A stretch of 64,000 nucleotides of DNA from Camelus ferus (lineage: Eukaryota): assembly GCF_009834535.1 (NCBI RefSeq), contig NC_045697.1, forward strand, positions 119,042,001 to 119,106,000, given 5' to 3'. Within the stretch, counting starts at the first letter, position 1. Each line of letters opens with the position of its first letter. The notes under the pieces were generated by a model. It was not told the origin of the DNA, ran no database searches, and was given only the letters and a program-made list of their open reading frames with translations. The translations under genes were made by a program, and so were the position numbers. Below, piece after piece: positions 1 to 12,300 of the stretch.

Positions 1-3000
1 TGTGTTCCAAACAAGCTACGTGAAGGACGGCTTTCACCCACACTGATATCTCAGAACTGAGCATGTGGAGAGACGTTCGTTCATCTAGCACAAAGGGAAC
101 GTGTTGCAGGAGAAACTATAACTCTGTATTGTCAGTCTGTTTTCTGGTTCCGGTTTGAAGTTCCTGCAGTTTTCACTGTAAAACCGATTTGGACCAAGAA
201 CCTCCCCATATATATGTATGCAGTGGAGTTTGCAACTGAAAAGAAACTTTGTGATCCCTACAAACTTGTTGAAGGACGGCTTTCACACACACTTATCTCT
301 CAGAACTGAGCATGTGGAGAGACTTTCGTTCATCTAGCACAAAGGGAACAGGTTGTAGGGGAAACATTTACTCTGGTTTCTCAGTCTGTTTCCTAGTGCC
401 GGTTTGAAGTTCCTGCAGTTTTCACTGTAAAACAGATTTGGACCTAGAACAGCCACATATATATGTATGGAGTGGAGTTTGCTACTGAAAATAAACATTG
501 TGTTCCCAACAGGCTAGTTGAAGTACAGCTTTAACAAACACTTATTTCACAGAACTGAGCATGTGGAGAGACATTCGTTCATCTAGCACAAACTTACCAG
601 GTTGCAGGAGAAACTTTTACTCTCTTTCCTCAGTCTGTTTCCTAGTGCCGGTTTGAAGTTCCTGCAGTTTTCACTGTAAAACCGATTTGGAGCTAGTACC
701 TCCTCCTATATATGTATGGAGTGGAGTTTGCAACTGAAAAGAAACTTTGTGTTCCCTTCAAGATAGGTGAAGGACGGCTTTCACACACACTTATCTCTCA
801 GAACTGAGCATGTGGAGAGACGTTCTTTCATCTAGCACAAAGGGACCGGGTTGCAGGGGTAACTTTTACTGTGGTTTCTCTGTCTCTTTCCTAGTGCCGG
901 TTAGAAGTACTTGCAGTTTTCACTGTAAAACCACGTTGAAGCTAGTACCTCCCCATATATATGTATGGAGTGGAGTTTGCAACTGAAAAGAATCTTTTTG
1001 TTCCCAAAAAGCTAGTTGAAGGACGGCTTTCACACACTTATCTCTCAGAACTGAGCATTTGGAGAGACGTTCATTCATCTAGCACAAAGGGAACGGGTTG
1101 CTGTTGGAACATTTCTCTGGTTTATAAGTCTGTTTCCTAATGCCGGTTTGAAGTTCCTGCAGTTTTCACTGTAAAACAGATTTGGAGCTAATACCTCCCC
1201 ATATATATGTATGGAGTGAAGTTTGCAACTGAAAAGAAACTTTGTGTTCCCAACAAGCTATTTGAAAGATGGCTTTCACACACACTTATATCCCAGAACT
1301 GAGCATGTGGAGGGACGTTCCTTCATCTAGCACAAAGGGAATCGGTTGCAGGAGAAACTTTTACTCTGGTTTCTCAGTCTATTTCCTAGTGCCGGTTTGA
1401 ATTTCCTGTAGTTTTCACTGTAAAACCGAGTTGGAGTTAGTACCTCCCCATATATATGTATGGATTGTAGTTAGCAACTTAAAAGAAACATTGTGTTCCC
1501 AACAAGCTAGGTGAAGGACGGCTTTCACACTCAGTTATCTCTGAGAACTGAGCAAGTGGAGAGACTTTCGTTCATCTAGAACAAAGGGAACGGGTTGCCA
1601 GAGAAAATTTTACTCTGGTTTCTCAGTCTGTTTCCTACTGCCGGTTTGAAGTTCCTGCACGTTTCACTGTAAAACCGATTTGCAGCTAGTACCTGCCCAT
1701 ATATATGTATGGAGTGGAGTTTGCAACTGAAAAGGAACTTTGTGTTCCCAACAAGCTAGGTGAAGGACGGATTTCACACTCAGTTATTTCTGAGAACTGA
1801 GCATGTGGAGAGACTTTCGTTCATCTAGAACAAAGGGAACTTGTTGCAGGAGAAACTTTTATTCTGGTTTCTCAGTGTATTTCCTAGTACCGGTTTGAAT
1901 TTCCTGCAGTTTTCACTGTTAAACCGAGTTGGAACTATTAACTCCCCATATATATGTATGGAGTGGAATTTGCACCTGAAAGGAAACGTTCTGTTCCCTA
2001 CAAACTAGGTGAAGAACGGCTTATACACACTTATATCTCTGAACTGAGCATATGGAGAGACGTTCGTTCATCTAGCACAAAAGAAACGGGTTGTAGGGGT
2101 AACTTTTACTCTGGTTTCTCAGTCTATTTCCTAGTGCCGGTTTGAAGTTCCTGCAGTTTTCACTGTAAAACCGAGATTTAGCTAATACCACCCATATATA
2201 TGTATGGAGTGGGTTTGCAAATGAAAAGAAACTTTGTTTTCCAAACAAGCTAGTTGAAGGACGGCTTTCACACACACTTATATCTCAGAACAGAGCATGT
2301 GGAGAGACGTTCGTTCATCTAGCACAAAGGGAACCGGTTGCAGGAGAAACATTTACTCTGGTTTCTCAGTCTGTTTCCTAGTGCCGGTATGAAGTTCCTG
2401 CTGTTTTCAATGTTAAACCGAGTTGGACCTAGAACCGCCACATATATATGAAAGGAGTGGAGTTTGCTACTGAAAAGAAACTTTCTGTTCCCAACAAGCT
2501 AGGTGAAGGACGGCTTTCACACACAATTATCTCTCAAAACTTAGCATATGGAGAGACGTTCGTTCTTCTAGCAAAATGGGTACGGGTTGCAGGAGAAACT
2601 TTTACTCTGGTTTCTCAGTCTGTTTCCTAGTGCCAGTTTGAAGTTCCTGCAGTTTTCAATGTAAAACCGTGTTGGAGCTTGTACCTCCCCATATATATGT
2701 ATGGAGTGGAGTTTGCAAAGGAAAAGAAACTGTGCCTTCCCAACAAGCTAGGTGAAGGACTTCTTTCACACACACTCATCTCTCAGAAATTAGCATGTGG
2801 AGAGACGTTCGTTCATTTAGCACAAACTTAATGGGTTGCAGGAGAAACTTTTACACTGTTTCCTCAGTCGGTTTCCTAGTGTCGGTTTGAAGTTCCTGCA
2901 GATATCTCTGTAAAACAGAGTTGGAATTAGTACCTACTCATATATATGTATGGAGTGGAGTTTGCAACTGAAAAGAAACTTTGTGTTCCCTTCAAGATAG

Positions 3001-3960
3001 GTGAAGGACGGCTTTCACACACACTCATCTCTCAGAAATTAGCATTTGGAGAGACGTTCGTTCATCTAGCATAAAGGGACCGGGTTGAAGTCGTAACTTT
3101 TACTGTGGTTTCTCAGTCTGTTTCCTAGTGCCTGTTTGATGTACCTGCATTTTTCAGTGTAAAACCGAGTTGGAGCTAGCACCTCCCCATATATATGTAT
3201 GGAGTGGAGTTTGCAACTGAAAAGAAACTATGTTTTCCAAACAAGCTAGTTGAATGCCGGCTTTCACAACCACTTATATCTCAGAACTGAGCATGTGGAG
3301 AGACGTTCGTTCATCTAGCACAAAGGGAATCGGTTGCAGGAGAAACTTTTATTCTGGTTTCTAAGTCTGTTTCCTAGTGCCGGTTTGAAGTTCATGCAGT
3401 TTTCACTGTAAAACAGAGTTGGAGCTAGTACCTCCCCATATATATGTATGGAGAGGAGTTTGCTACTGAAAAGAAAGTTTGTGTTCCCAACAAGCTAGGT
3501 GAAGTACGGCTTTCACACACACTTTTCTCTCAGAACTAAGCATGTGGAGAGACGTTCGTTCATTTAGCAAAAAGGGAACGGGTTTGCAGGAGAAACTTTT
3601 ACTCTGGTTTCTCAGTCTGCTTTCTACTGCTGGTTTGAAGTTCCTGCAGTTTCCACTGTAAATCCTAGTAGGAGCTAGTACCTCCCCATATATAAGTTTG
3701 GAGTGGAGTTTGCAACTGAAAAGAAACTTTGTGTTCCCTACAATCTATGTGAAGGGCGGCTTTCACACACTTAACTCTCAGAACTGAGCATGTGGAGAGA
3801 TGTCCGTACATCTAGCACAAAAGGATCGTGTTGTAGGGGAAACTTTTACTATGGTTTCTCAGTCTGTTTCCTAGTTCGGTTTTGAAGTTCCTGCAGTTTT
3901 CACTGAAAAACCAATTTGGAGCTAGTACATCCCCATATATATTTACAGAGTGTAGTTTGC

Positions 3961-6900
3961 AACTGAAATGAAAATTTGTGTTCCCAACAAGCTAGTTGAA
4001 GACGGCATTCACACACACTTATTTCTCAGAACTGAGCATGTGGAGAGACGTTCGTTCATCTAGCACCAAGGGAAAGGGTTGCAGAAGAAACTTTTAATCT
4101 GGTTTCTCCGTCTGTTTTCTAGTGCCGGTTTGAAGTTCCTGCAGTTTTCACTTTAAAACATAGTTAGAGCTAGTACCTCCCCATATATATGTACGGAGTG
4201 GAGTTTGCAACTGAAAAGAAACTTTGTTTTCAAAACAAGCTATGTGAAGGTCGGCTTTCACACACACTTATCTCTCAGAACTGAGCATGTGGAGAGACGT
4301 TCGTTCATCTAGCACAAAGGGAACTTGTTGCAGGAGAAAATTTTACTGTGGTTTCTCAGTCTTTTTCCTAGTGCCGTTTTGAATTTCCGGCAGTTTTCAC
4401 TTTAAAACCGAATTGGAGCTAGTACCTCCCCATATATATGTATGGAGTGGAGTTTGCACTTGAAAAGTTACTTTGTGTGCCCTACAAGCTAGGTGAAAGA
4501 CGGCTTTCACACACACTTATCTCTCAGAACTGAGCATGTGCAGAGAAGTTCGTTCATCTAGCACAAAGGGAATCGGTTGCAGGAGAAACTTTTACTCTTG
4601 TTTCTCAGTCTGTTTCCTACTGCCGGTTTGAAGTTCCTGCAGGTTTCACTGTAAAACCGATTTGCAGCTAGTACCTGCCCATATATATGTATGGAGTGGA
4701 GTTTGCTACTGAAAAGAAAATTTGTGTTCAAAACAACCTAGGTGAAGGACGGCTTTCACACTCACTTATCTCTCAGAACTGAGCATGTGGAGAGAAATTT
4801 GTTCATCTAGCACAAAGAGAACTTGTTGCAGGAAAAACTTTTACTCTTGTTTCTCAGTCTGTTTCCTACTGCCGTTTTGAAGTTCCTGCATTTTTCACTG
4901 TTAAACCAAGTTGGAGCAAGTACCACCCCATATATATGTATGGACTGGAGTTTGCAACTGAAAAGAAACTTTGTTTTCAAAACAAGCTATGTGAAGGACG
5001 GCTTTCACACACACTTATCTCTCAGAACTGAGCATGTGGAGAGACGTTCTTTCATCTACCACAAATGGAACTGGTTGCAGGAGAAACTTTTTCTCTGGGT
5101 TCTCAGTCTGTTTCCTACTGCCGGTTTGAAGATCCTGCAGTTTTCACTGTAAAACCGAGTTGGAGCTAGTACCTCCCCATATATATGTATGGAGTGGGGT
5201 TTGAAACTGAAAAGAATCTTTGTGTTCCCATCAAGCTAGATGAAGTACGGCTTTCACACACACATAGCTCTCAGAACTGAGCATGTGGAGAGACGTTCGT
5301 TCATCTAGCACAAAAGGAACGTGTTGCAGCAGAAAAGTTACTGTGGTTTCTCAGTCTGTTTCCTAGGGCCGGTTTGAAGTTCCTGCAGTTTTCACTGTAA
5401 AACCGATTTGGAGCTAGTACTTCCCCATATATTTCTATGGATTGGCGTTTGCAACTGAAAAGAAACTTTGTGTTCCCAAATAGCTAGTTGCAGTACGGCT
5501 TTCACACACACTTATCTATCAGAACTGAGCATGTGGAAAGACGTTCGTTCTTCTAGCACAAAGGGAACGGGTTGCAGGAGAAACTTTTATTCTGGTTCCA
5601 CAGTCGGTTTCCTAGTGCCGGTTTGATGGTCCTGCAGGTTTCACTCTTAAACACATTTGGAGCTACTACCTCCCAATATATATGTATGGATTGGTGTTTG
5701 CAACTGAAAAGAAACTTTGTTTTCCCAACAATCTAGATGAAGGGCGTCTTTCACACACATTTATATCTCAGAACTGAGCATGTGGAGAGACGTTCGTTCT
5801 TCTAGCACAAAGGGAACGGGTTGCAGGAGAAACTTTTACTGTGGTTCCTCAGTCTGTTTTCTAGTGCCGGTTTGAAGTTCCTTCAGTTTCAGTGTAAAAC
5901 CGAGTTGGAGCTAGTACCTCCACATACATATGTATGGAGTGGATTTTGCACCTGAAAAGATACTTTCTGTTTCCTACAAGCTAGGTGAAGGACGGTTTCA
6001 CAAACACTTATCTCTCAGACCTGATCATGTGGAGACTTTCGTTCATCTAGCACAAAGGGAATCGGTTGCAGGAGAAACTTTTACTCTGGTTTCTCAGTCT
6101 GTTTCCTAGTGCCGGTTTGAATTTTCTGCAGTTTTCACTGTAAAGCCGAGTTGGAGCTTGTACCTCCCCATATATATGTATGGAGTGGAGTTTGCAACTG
6201 AAATGAAAATTTGTGTTCCCAACAAGCTAGTTGAAGACGGCATTCACACACACTTATCTCTCAGAACTGAGCATGTGGAGAGACGTTCGTTCATCTAGCA
6301 CCAAGGGAAAGGGTTGCAGAAGAAACTTTTAATCTGGTTTCTCCGTCTGTTTTCTAGTGCCGGTTTGAAGTTCCTGCAGTTTTCACTGTAAAACCGAGTT
6401 AGAGCTAGTACCTCCAAATATATATGTACGGAGTGGAGTTTGCAACTGAAAAGAAACTTTGTTTCAAAACAAGCTATGTGAAGGACGGCTTTCACACACA
6501 CTTATCTCTCAGAACTGAGCATGTAGAGAGACGTTCGTTCATCTAGCACAAAGGGAACGTGTTGCAGGAGAAAATTTTACTGTGGTTTCTCAGTCTTTTT
6601 CCTAGTGCCGTTTTGAATTTCCGGCAGTTTTCACTTTAAAACCGAATTGGAGCTAGTACCTCCCCATATATATGTATGGAGTGGAGTTTGCACTTGAAAA
6701 GTTACTTTGTGTGCCCTACAAGCTAGGTGAAAGACGGCTTTCACACACACTTATCTCTCAGAACTGAGCATGTGCAGAGACGTTCGTTCATCTAGCACAA
6801 AGGGAATCGGTTGCAGGAGAAACTTTTACTCTTGTTTCTCAGTCTGTTTCCTACTGCCGGTTTGAAGTTCCTGCAGGTTTCACTGTAAAACCGATTTGCA

Positions 6901-9300
6901 GCTAGTACCTGCCCATATATATGTATGGAGTGGAGTTTGCTACTGAAAAGAAAATTTGTGTTCAAAACAACCTAGGTGAAGGACGGCTTTCACACTCACT
7001 TATCTCTCAGAACTGAGCATGTGGAGAGAAATTTGTTCATCTAGCACAAAGAGAACTTGTTGCAGGAAAAACTTTTACTCTTGTTTCTCAGTCTGTTTCC
7101 TACTGCCGTTTTGAAGTTCCTGCATTTTTCACTGTTAAACCAAGTTGGAGCAAGTACCACCCCATATATATGTATGGACTGGAGTTTGCAACTGAAAGAA
7201 ACTTTGTTTTCAAAACAAGCTATGTGAAGGACGGCTTTCACACACACTTATCTCTCAGAACTGAGCATGTGGAGAGACGTTCTTTCATCTACCACAAATG
7301 GAACTGGTTGCAGGAGAAACTTTTTCTCTGGGTTCTCAGTCTGTTTCCTACTGCCGGTTTGAAGATCCTGCAGTTTTCACTGTAAAACCGAGTTGGAGCT
7401 AGTACCTCCCCATATATATGTATGGAGTGGGGTTTGAAACTGAAAAGAATCTTTGTGTTCCCATCAAGCTAGATGAAGGACGGCTTTCACACACACTTAT
7501 CTCTCAGAACTGAGCATGTGGAGAGACGTTCGTTCATCTAGCACAAAAGGAACGTGTTGCAGCAGAAAAAGTTACTGTGGTTTCTCAGTCTGTTTCCTAG
7601 GGCCGGTTTGAAGTTCCTGCAATTTTCACTGTAAAACCGAGTTGGAGCTAGTACCTCCCCATATATTTCTATGGATTGGCGTTTGCAACTGAAAAGAAAC
7701 TTTGTGTTCCCAAATAGCTAGTTGCAGTACGGCTTTCACACACACTTATCTATCAGAACTGAGCATGTGGAAAGACGTTCGTTCTTCTAGCACAAAGGGA
7801 ACGGGTTGCAGGAGAAACTTTTATTCTGGTTCCACAGTCGGTTTCCTAGTGCCGGTTTGATGGTCCTGCAGGTTTCACTCTTAAACACATTTGGAGCTAC
7901 TACCTCCCAATATATATGTATGGATTGGTGTTTGCAACTGAAAAGAAACTTTGTTTTCCCAACAATCTAGATGAAGGGCGTCTTTCACACACATTTATAT
8001 CTCAGAACTGAGCATGTGGAGAGACGTTCGTTCTTCTAGCACAAAGGGAACGGGTTGCAGGAGAAACTTTTACTGTGGTTCCTCAGTCTGTTTTCTAGTG
8101 CCGGTTTGAAGTTCCTTCAGTTTTCAGTGTAAACCGAGTTGGAGCTAGTACCTCCACATACATATGTATGGAGTGGATTTTGCACCTGAAAAGATACTTT
8201 CTGTTTCCTACAAGCTAGGTGAAGGACGGTTTCACAACACTTATCTCTCAGACCTGATCATGTGGAGACTTTCGTTCATCTAGCACAAAGGGAATCGGTT
8301 GCAGGAGAAACTTTTACTCTGGTTTCTCAGTCTGTTTCCTAGTGCCGGTTTGAATTTTCTGCAGTTTTCACTGTAAAGCCGAGTTGGAGCTTGTACCTCC
8401 CCATATATATGTATGGAGTGGAGTTTGCAAACTGAAATGAAAATTTGTGTTCCCAACAAGCTAGTTGAAGACGGCATTCACACACACTTATCTCTCAGAA
8501 CTGAGCATGTGGAGAGACGTTCGTTCATCTAGCACCAAGGGAAAGGGTTGCAGAAGAAACTTTTAATCTGGTTTCTCCGTCTGTTTTCTAGTGCCGGTTT
8601 GAAGTTCCTGCAGTTTTCACTGTAAAACCGAGTTAGAGCTAGTACCTCCCAAATATATATGTACGGAGTGGAGTTTGCAACTGAAAGAACTTTGTTTCAA
8701 AACAAGCTATGTGAAGGACGGCTTTCACACACACTTATCTCTCAGAACTGAGCATGTGGAGAGACGTTCGTTCATCTAGCACAAAGGGAACGTGTTGCAG
8801 GAGAAAATTTTACTGTGGTTTCTCAGTCTTTTTCCTAGTGCCGTTTTGAAGTTCCTGCAGTTTTCACTTTAAAACCGAATTGGAGCTAGTACCTCCCCAT
8901 ATATATGTATGGAGTGGAGTTTGCACTTGAAAAGTTACTTTGTGTGCCCTACAAGCTAGGTGAAAGACGGCTTTCACACACACTTATCTCTCAGAACTGA
9001 GCATGTGCAGAGACGTTCGTTCATCTAGCACAAAGGGAATCGGTTGCAGGAGAAACTTTACTCTTGTTTCTCAGTCTGTTTCCTATGCCGGTTTGAAGTT
9101 CTGCAGGTTTCACTGTAAAACCGATTTGCAGCTAGTACCTGCCCATATATATGTATGGAGTTGGAGTTTGCTACTGAAAAGAAAATTTGTGTTCAAAACA
9201 ACCTAGGTGAAGGGGACGGCTTTCAACATCACATATCTCTCAGAACTGAGCATGTGGAGAGAAATTTGTTCATCTAGCACAAAGAGAGAACTTGTTGCAG
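3961..9300 (+). repeat. Higher-order repeat, 9 monomers (~2234 bp), about 2.4 tandem copies
   Basis: AACTGAAATGAAAATTTG at 3961, 6196 and 8430. TGATCATGTGGAGACTTTC at 6022 and 8255. ORFs with identical C-terminal halves end at 5152 and 7385 (offset 2233). Confidence 0.9.
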
Positions 9301-12300
9301 GAGAAACTTTTACTCGGTTTCTCAGTCTGTTTCCTAGTGCCAGATTGATAGTCCTGCAGCTTTCACTTTAAACCGATTTGGAGCTAATAACACCCATATT
9401 ATGTATGGAGTTGGATGTTTGCCAACTGAAAAGGAAAATTTGTGTTCCAACAATCTACTGAAGTAACGGCTTTCACACACACATATCTCTCAGAACTGAG
9501 CATGTGGAGAGACGTTCGTTCATCTAGCCCAATAGGAACGGGTTGCAGGAGAAACTTTTACTCTGGTTTCTCAGTCTGTTTCCTAGTGCCGTTTGAAGTT
9601 CCTGCATTTTTCACTGTTAAACCGAGTTGGAGCAAGTACCACCCCATATATATGTATGGACTGGAGTTTGCAACTAAAAGAAATTTTGTGTTCCCAACAA
9701 GCTAGTTGAAGAACAGCTTTCACAGACACTTATTTCTCAGAAATGAGCATAAGAGACATTCATTCATCTACCACAAACTTAACGGCTTGCAGGAGAAATT
9801 TTACTCTGTTTCCTCAGTCTGTTTCCTAGTGCCGGTTTGAAGTTCCTGCAGTTTTCTCTGTAAAACCGAGTTGGAGCAAGTACCACCTCATATATATGTA
9901 TGGAGTGGAGTTTGCAACTGAAAAGAAATTTTGTGTTCCCAACAAGCTAGGTGAAGGACGGCTTTCACACACACTTATCTCTCAAAACTGAGCATATGGA
10001 GAGACGTTCGTTCTTCTAGCGAAAAGGGAACGGTTTGCAGGAGAAACTTTCACTCTGTTTCTCAGTCTGTTTCCTAGTGCCGGTTTGAAGTTCCTGCATT
10101 TTTCACTGTAAAACCGTGTTGGAGCTTCTACCTCCCCATATATATGTATGGAGTGGAGTTTGCAAAGAAAAGAAACTGTCTTCCCAAAAAGCTAGGTGAA
10201 GGACGGCTTTCACACACACTTATCTCTCAAAAGAGAGCATGTGGAGAGACGTTCGTTCATTTAGCACAAAAGGAAACGGTTGGAGGAGAAACTTTGACTC
10301 TGGTTTCTCAGTCAGTTTCCTAGTGCCGGTTTGAATTTCCTGCAGTTTTCACTGTTAAACCGAGTTGGAGCTAGTACCTCCCCATATATATGTATGGATT
10401 GGCGTTTGCAACTGAAAAGAAACTTTGTGTTCCCAACAAGCTAGTTGAAGAACAGCTTTCACAACACTTATTTCTCAGAACTGAGTATGTGGAGAGACAT
10501 TCGTTCATCTAGCACAAACTTAACGGTTTGCAGGAGAACTTTTACACTGTTTCCTCAGTCTGTTTCCTAGTGCCGGTTTGAAGTTCCTTCCATATCTCTG
10601 TAAACCGTGTTGGAGCTAGTATCTACTCATATATATGTATGGACAAGAGTTTGCAACTGAAAAGAAACTTTGTGTTCCCTTCAAGATAGTTGAAGGACGG
10701 CTTTCATACACACATATCTCTCAGAACAGAGCACGTGGAGAGACGTTCGTTCATCTAGCATAAAGGGACCGGGTTGAAGGAGTAACATTTACTGTGGTTT
10801 CTCAGTCTGTTTCCTAGAGCCTGTTTGAAGTACCTACAGTTTTCAATGTAAAACCGAGTTGGAGCTAGTACCTCCCCATATATATGTATGGAGTGGAGTT
10901 TGCAACTGAAAGGAAACTTTGTTTTCCCAACAAGCTAGTTGAAGGACGGCTTTCACTACCACTTATATCTCAGAACTGAGCATGTGGAGAGAAGTTCGTT
11001 CATCTAGCATAAAGGGAACGGGTTGCAGGAGAAACTTTTACTGTGGTTTCTCAGTCTGTTTCCTAGTGCCGGGATGATGTTCCTGCTGTTTTCACTGTTA
11101 AACCGAGTTGGACCTAGAACCGCCACATATATATGTATGGAGTGGAGTTTGCTACTGAAAAGAAACTTTGTGTTCCCAACAAGCTAGGTGAAGGACGGCT
11201 TTCACACACACGTATCTCTCAGAACTGAGCATATGGAGAGACGTTCGTTCATCTAGCAAAAAGGGAACGGGTTGCAGGAGAAACTATTACTCTGGATTCT
11301 CAGTCTGTTTCCTAGTGCCGGTTTGAAGTTAATGCAGTTTTCACTGTAAAACCGAGTTGGAGCTTGTACCTCCCCATATATATGTATGGAGTGGAGTTTG
11401 CAACGGAAAAGAAACTTTGTGTTCCAACAAACTAGGTGAAGGACGGCTTTCACACACAAGTATTTTTCAGAACTTAGCATGTGGAGAGACGTTCGTTCAT
11501 CTAGCACAAAGGGAAAGGTTGGAGGAGAAACTTTACTCTGGTATCTCAGTCTTTTTCCTAGTGCCGGTTTGAAATTCCTGCAGTATTCACTGTTAAACCG
11601 AGTTGGAGCTAGTAACTCCCCATATATATGTATGGATTGGAGATTGCAACTGAAAAGAACATTGTGTTCCAAACAAGCTAGTTGAAGGAAGGCTTTCACC
11701 CACAATTATATCTCAGAACTGAGCATGTGGAGAGACGTTCGTTCATCTAGCACAAAGGGAACTGGTTCCTGGAGAAACTTTTACTCTGTGTTGTCAGTCT
11801 GTTTTCTAGTTCCGGTTTGAAGTTCCTGCAGTTTACACTGTAAAACGAGTTGGACCTAATACCATCCCCATATATATGTATGGAGTGGAGTTTGCAAATG
11901 AAAAGAAACTTCTGTTCCCTACAAGCTTGTTGAAGTACGGCTTTCACACACATTTATATCTCAGAACTCAGCATGTGGAGAGAAGTTCGTTCATCTAGCA
12001 CAAAGGGAACAGGTTGCAGGAGAAACATTTACTCTGGATTCTCAGTCTGTTTCCTAGTGCCGGTTTGAAGTTCCTGCAGTTTTCACTGTAAAATCGAGTT
12101 GGAGCTAGTACATCCCCATATATATGTATGGACTCGGGTTTGCAACTGAAAAGAAACTTTGTGTTCCCAAAAAGCTAGGTGAAGTACGGCTTTCACACAC
12201 ACTTATCCCTCAGAACTGAGCATGTGGAGAGACGTTCGTTCATCTAGCACAAAGGGAACGGGTTGCAGGAGAAACTTTTACTGTGGTTCCTCAGTCTGTT

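Noticed and set aside
70..110. CENP-B box (TTCG and CGGG both occur in the consensus)
   Set aside because: The canonical box is NTTCGNNNNANNCGGGN, with 7 nt between TTCG and CGGG. Here they are about 20 nt apart and I see no match on either strand.
205..222. TATA-like element in CATATATATG as a promoter
   Set aside because: It is a short AT run present in nearly every monomer, with no evidence of a transcript or downstream gene.
1..249. Assignment to primate alpha satellite (TCTCAGAA and GAAACTTTGTG look similar)
   Set aside because: The monomer is 249 bp rather than 171 bp and only short words match, so homology cannot be supported without an alignment.
1..249. Tandem 5S rRNA, tRNA or snRNA gene cluster, or a SINE-derived unit
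   Set aside because: I recognise no 5S, tRNA cloverleaf, Pol III A/B box or snRNA sequence. An Rfam/Infernal scan would settle it.
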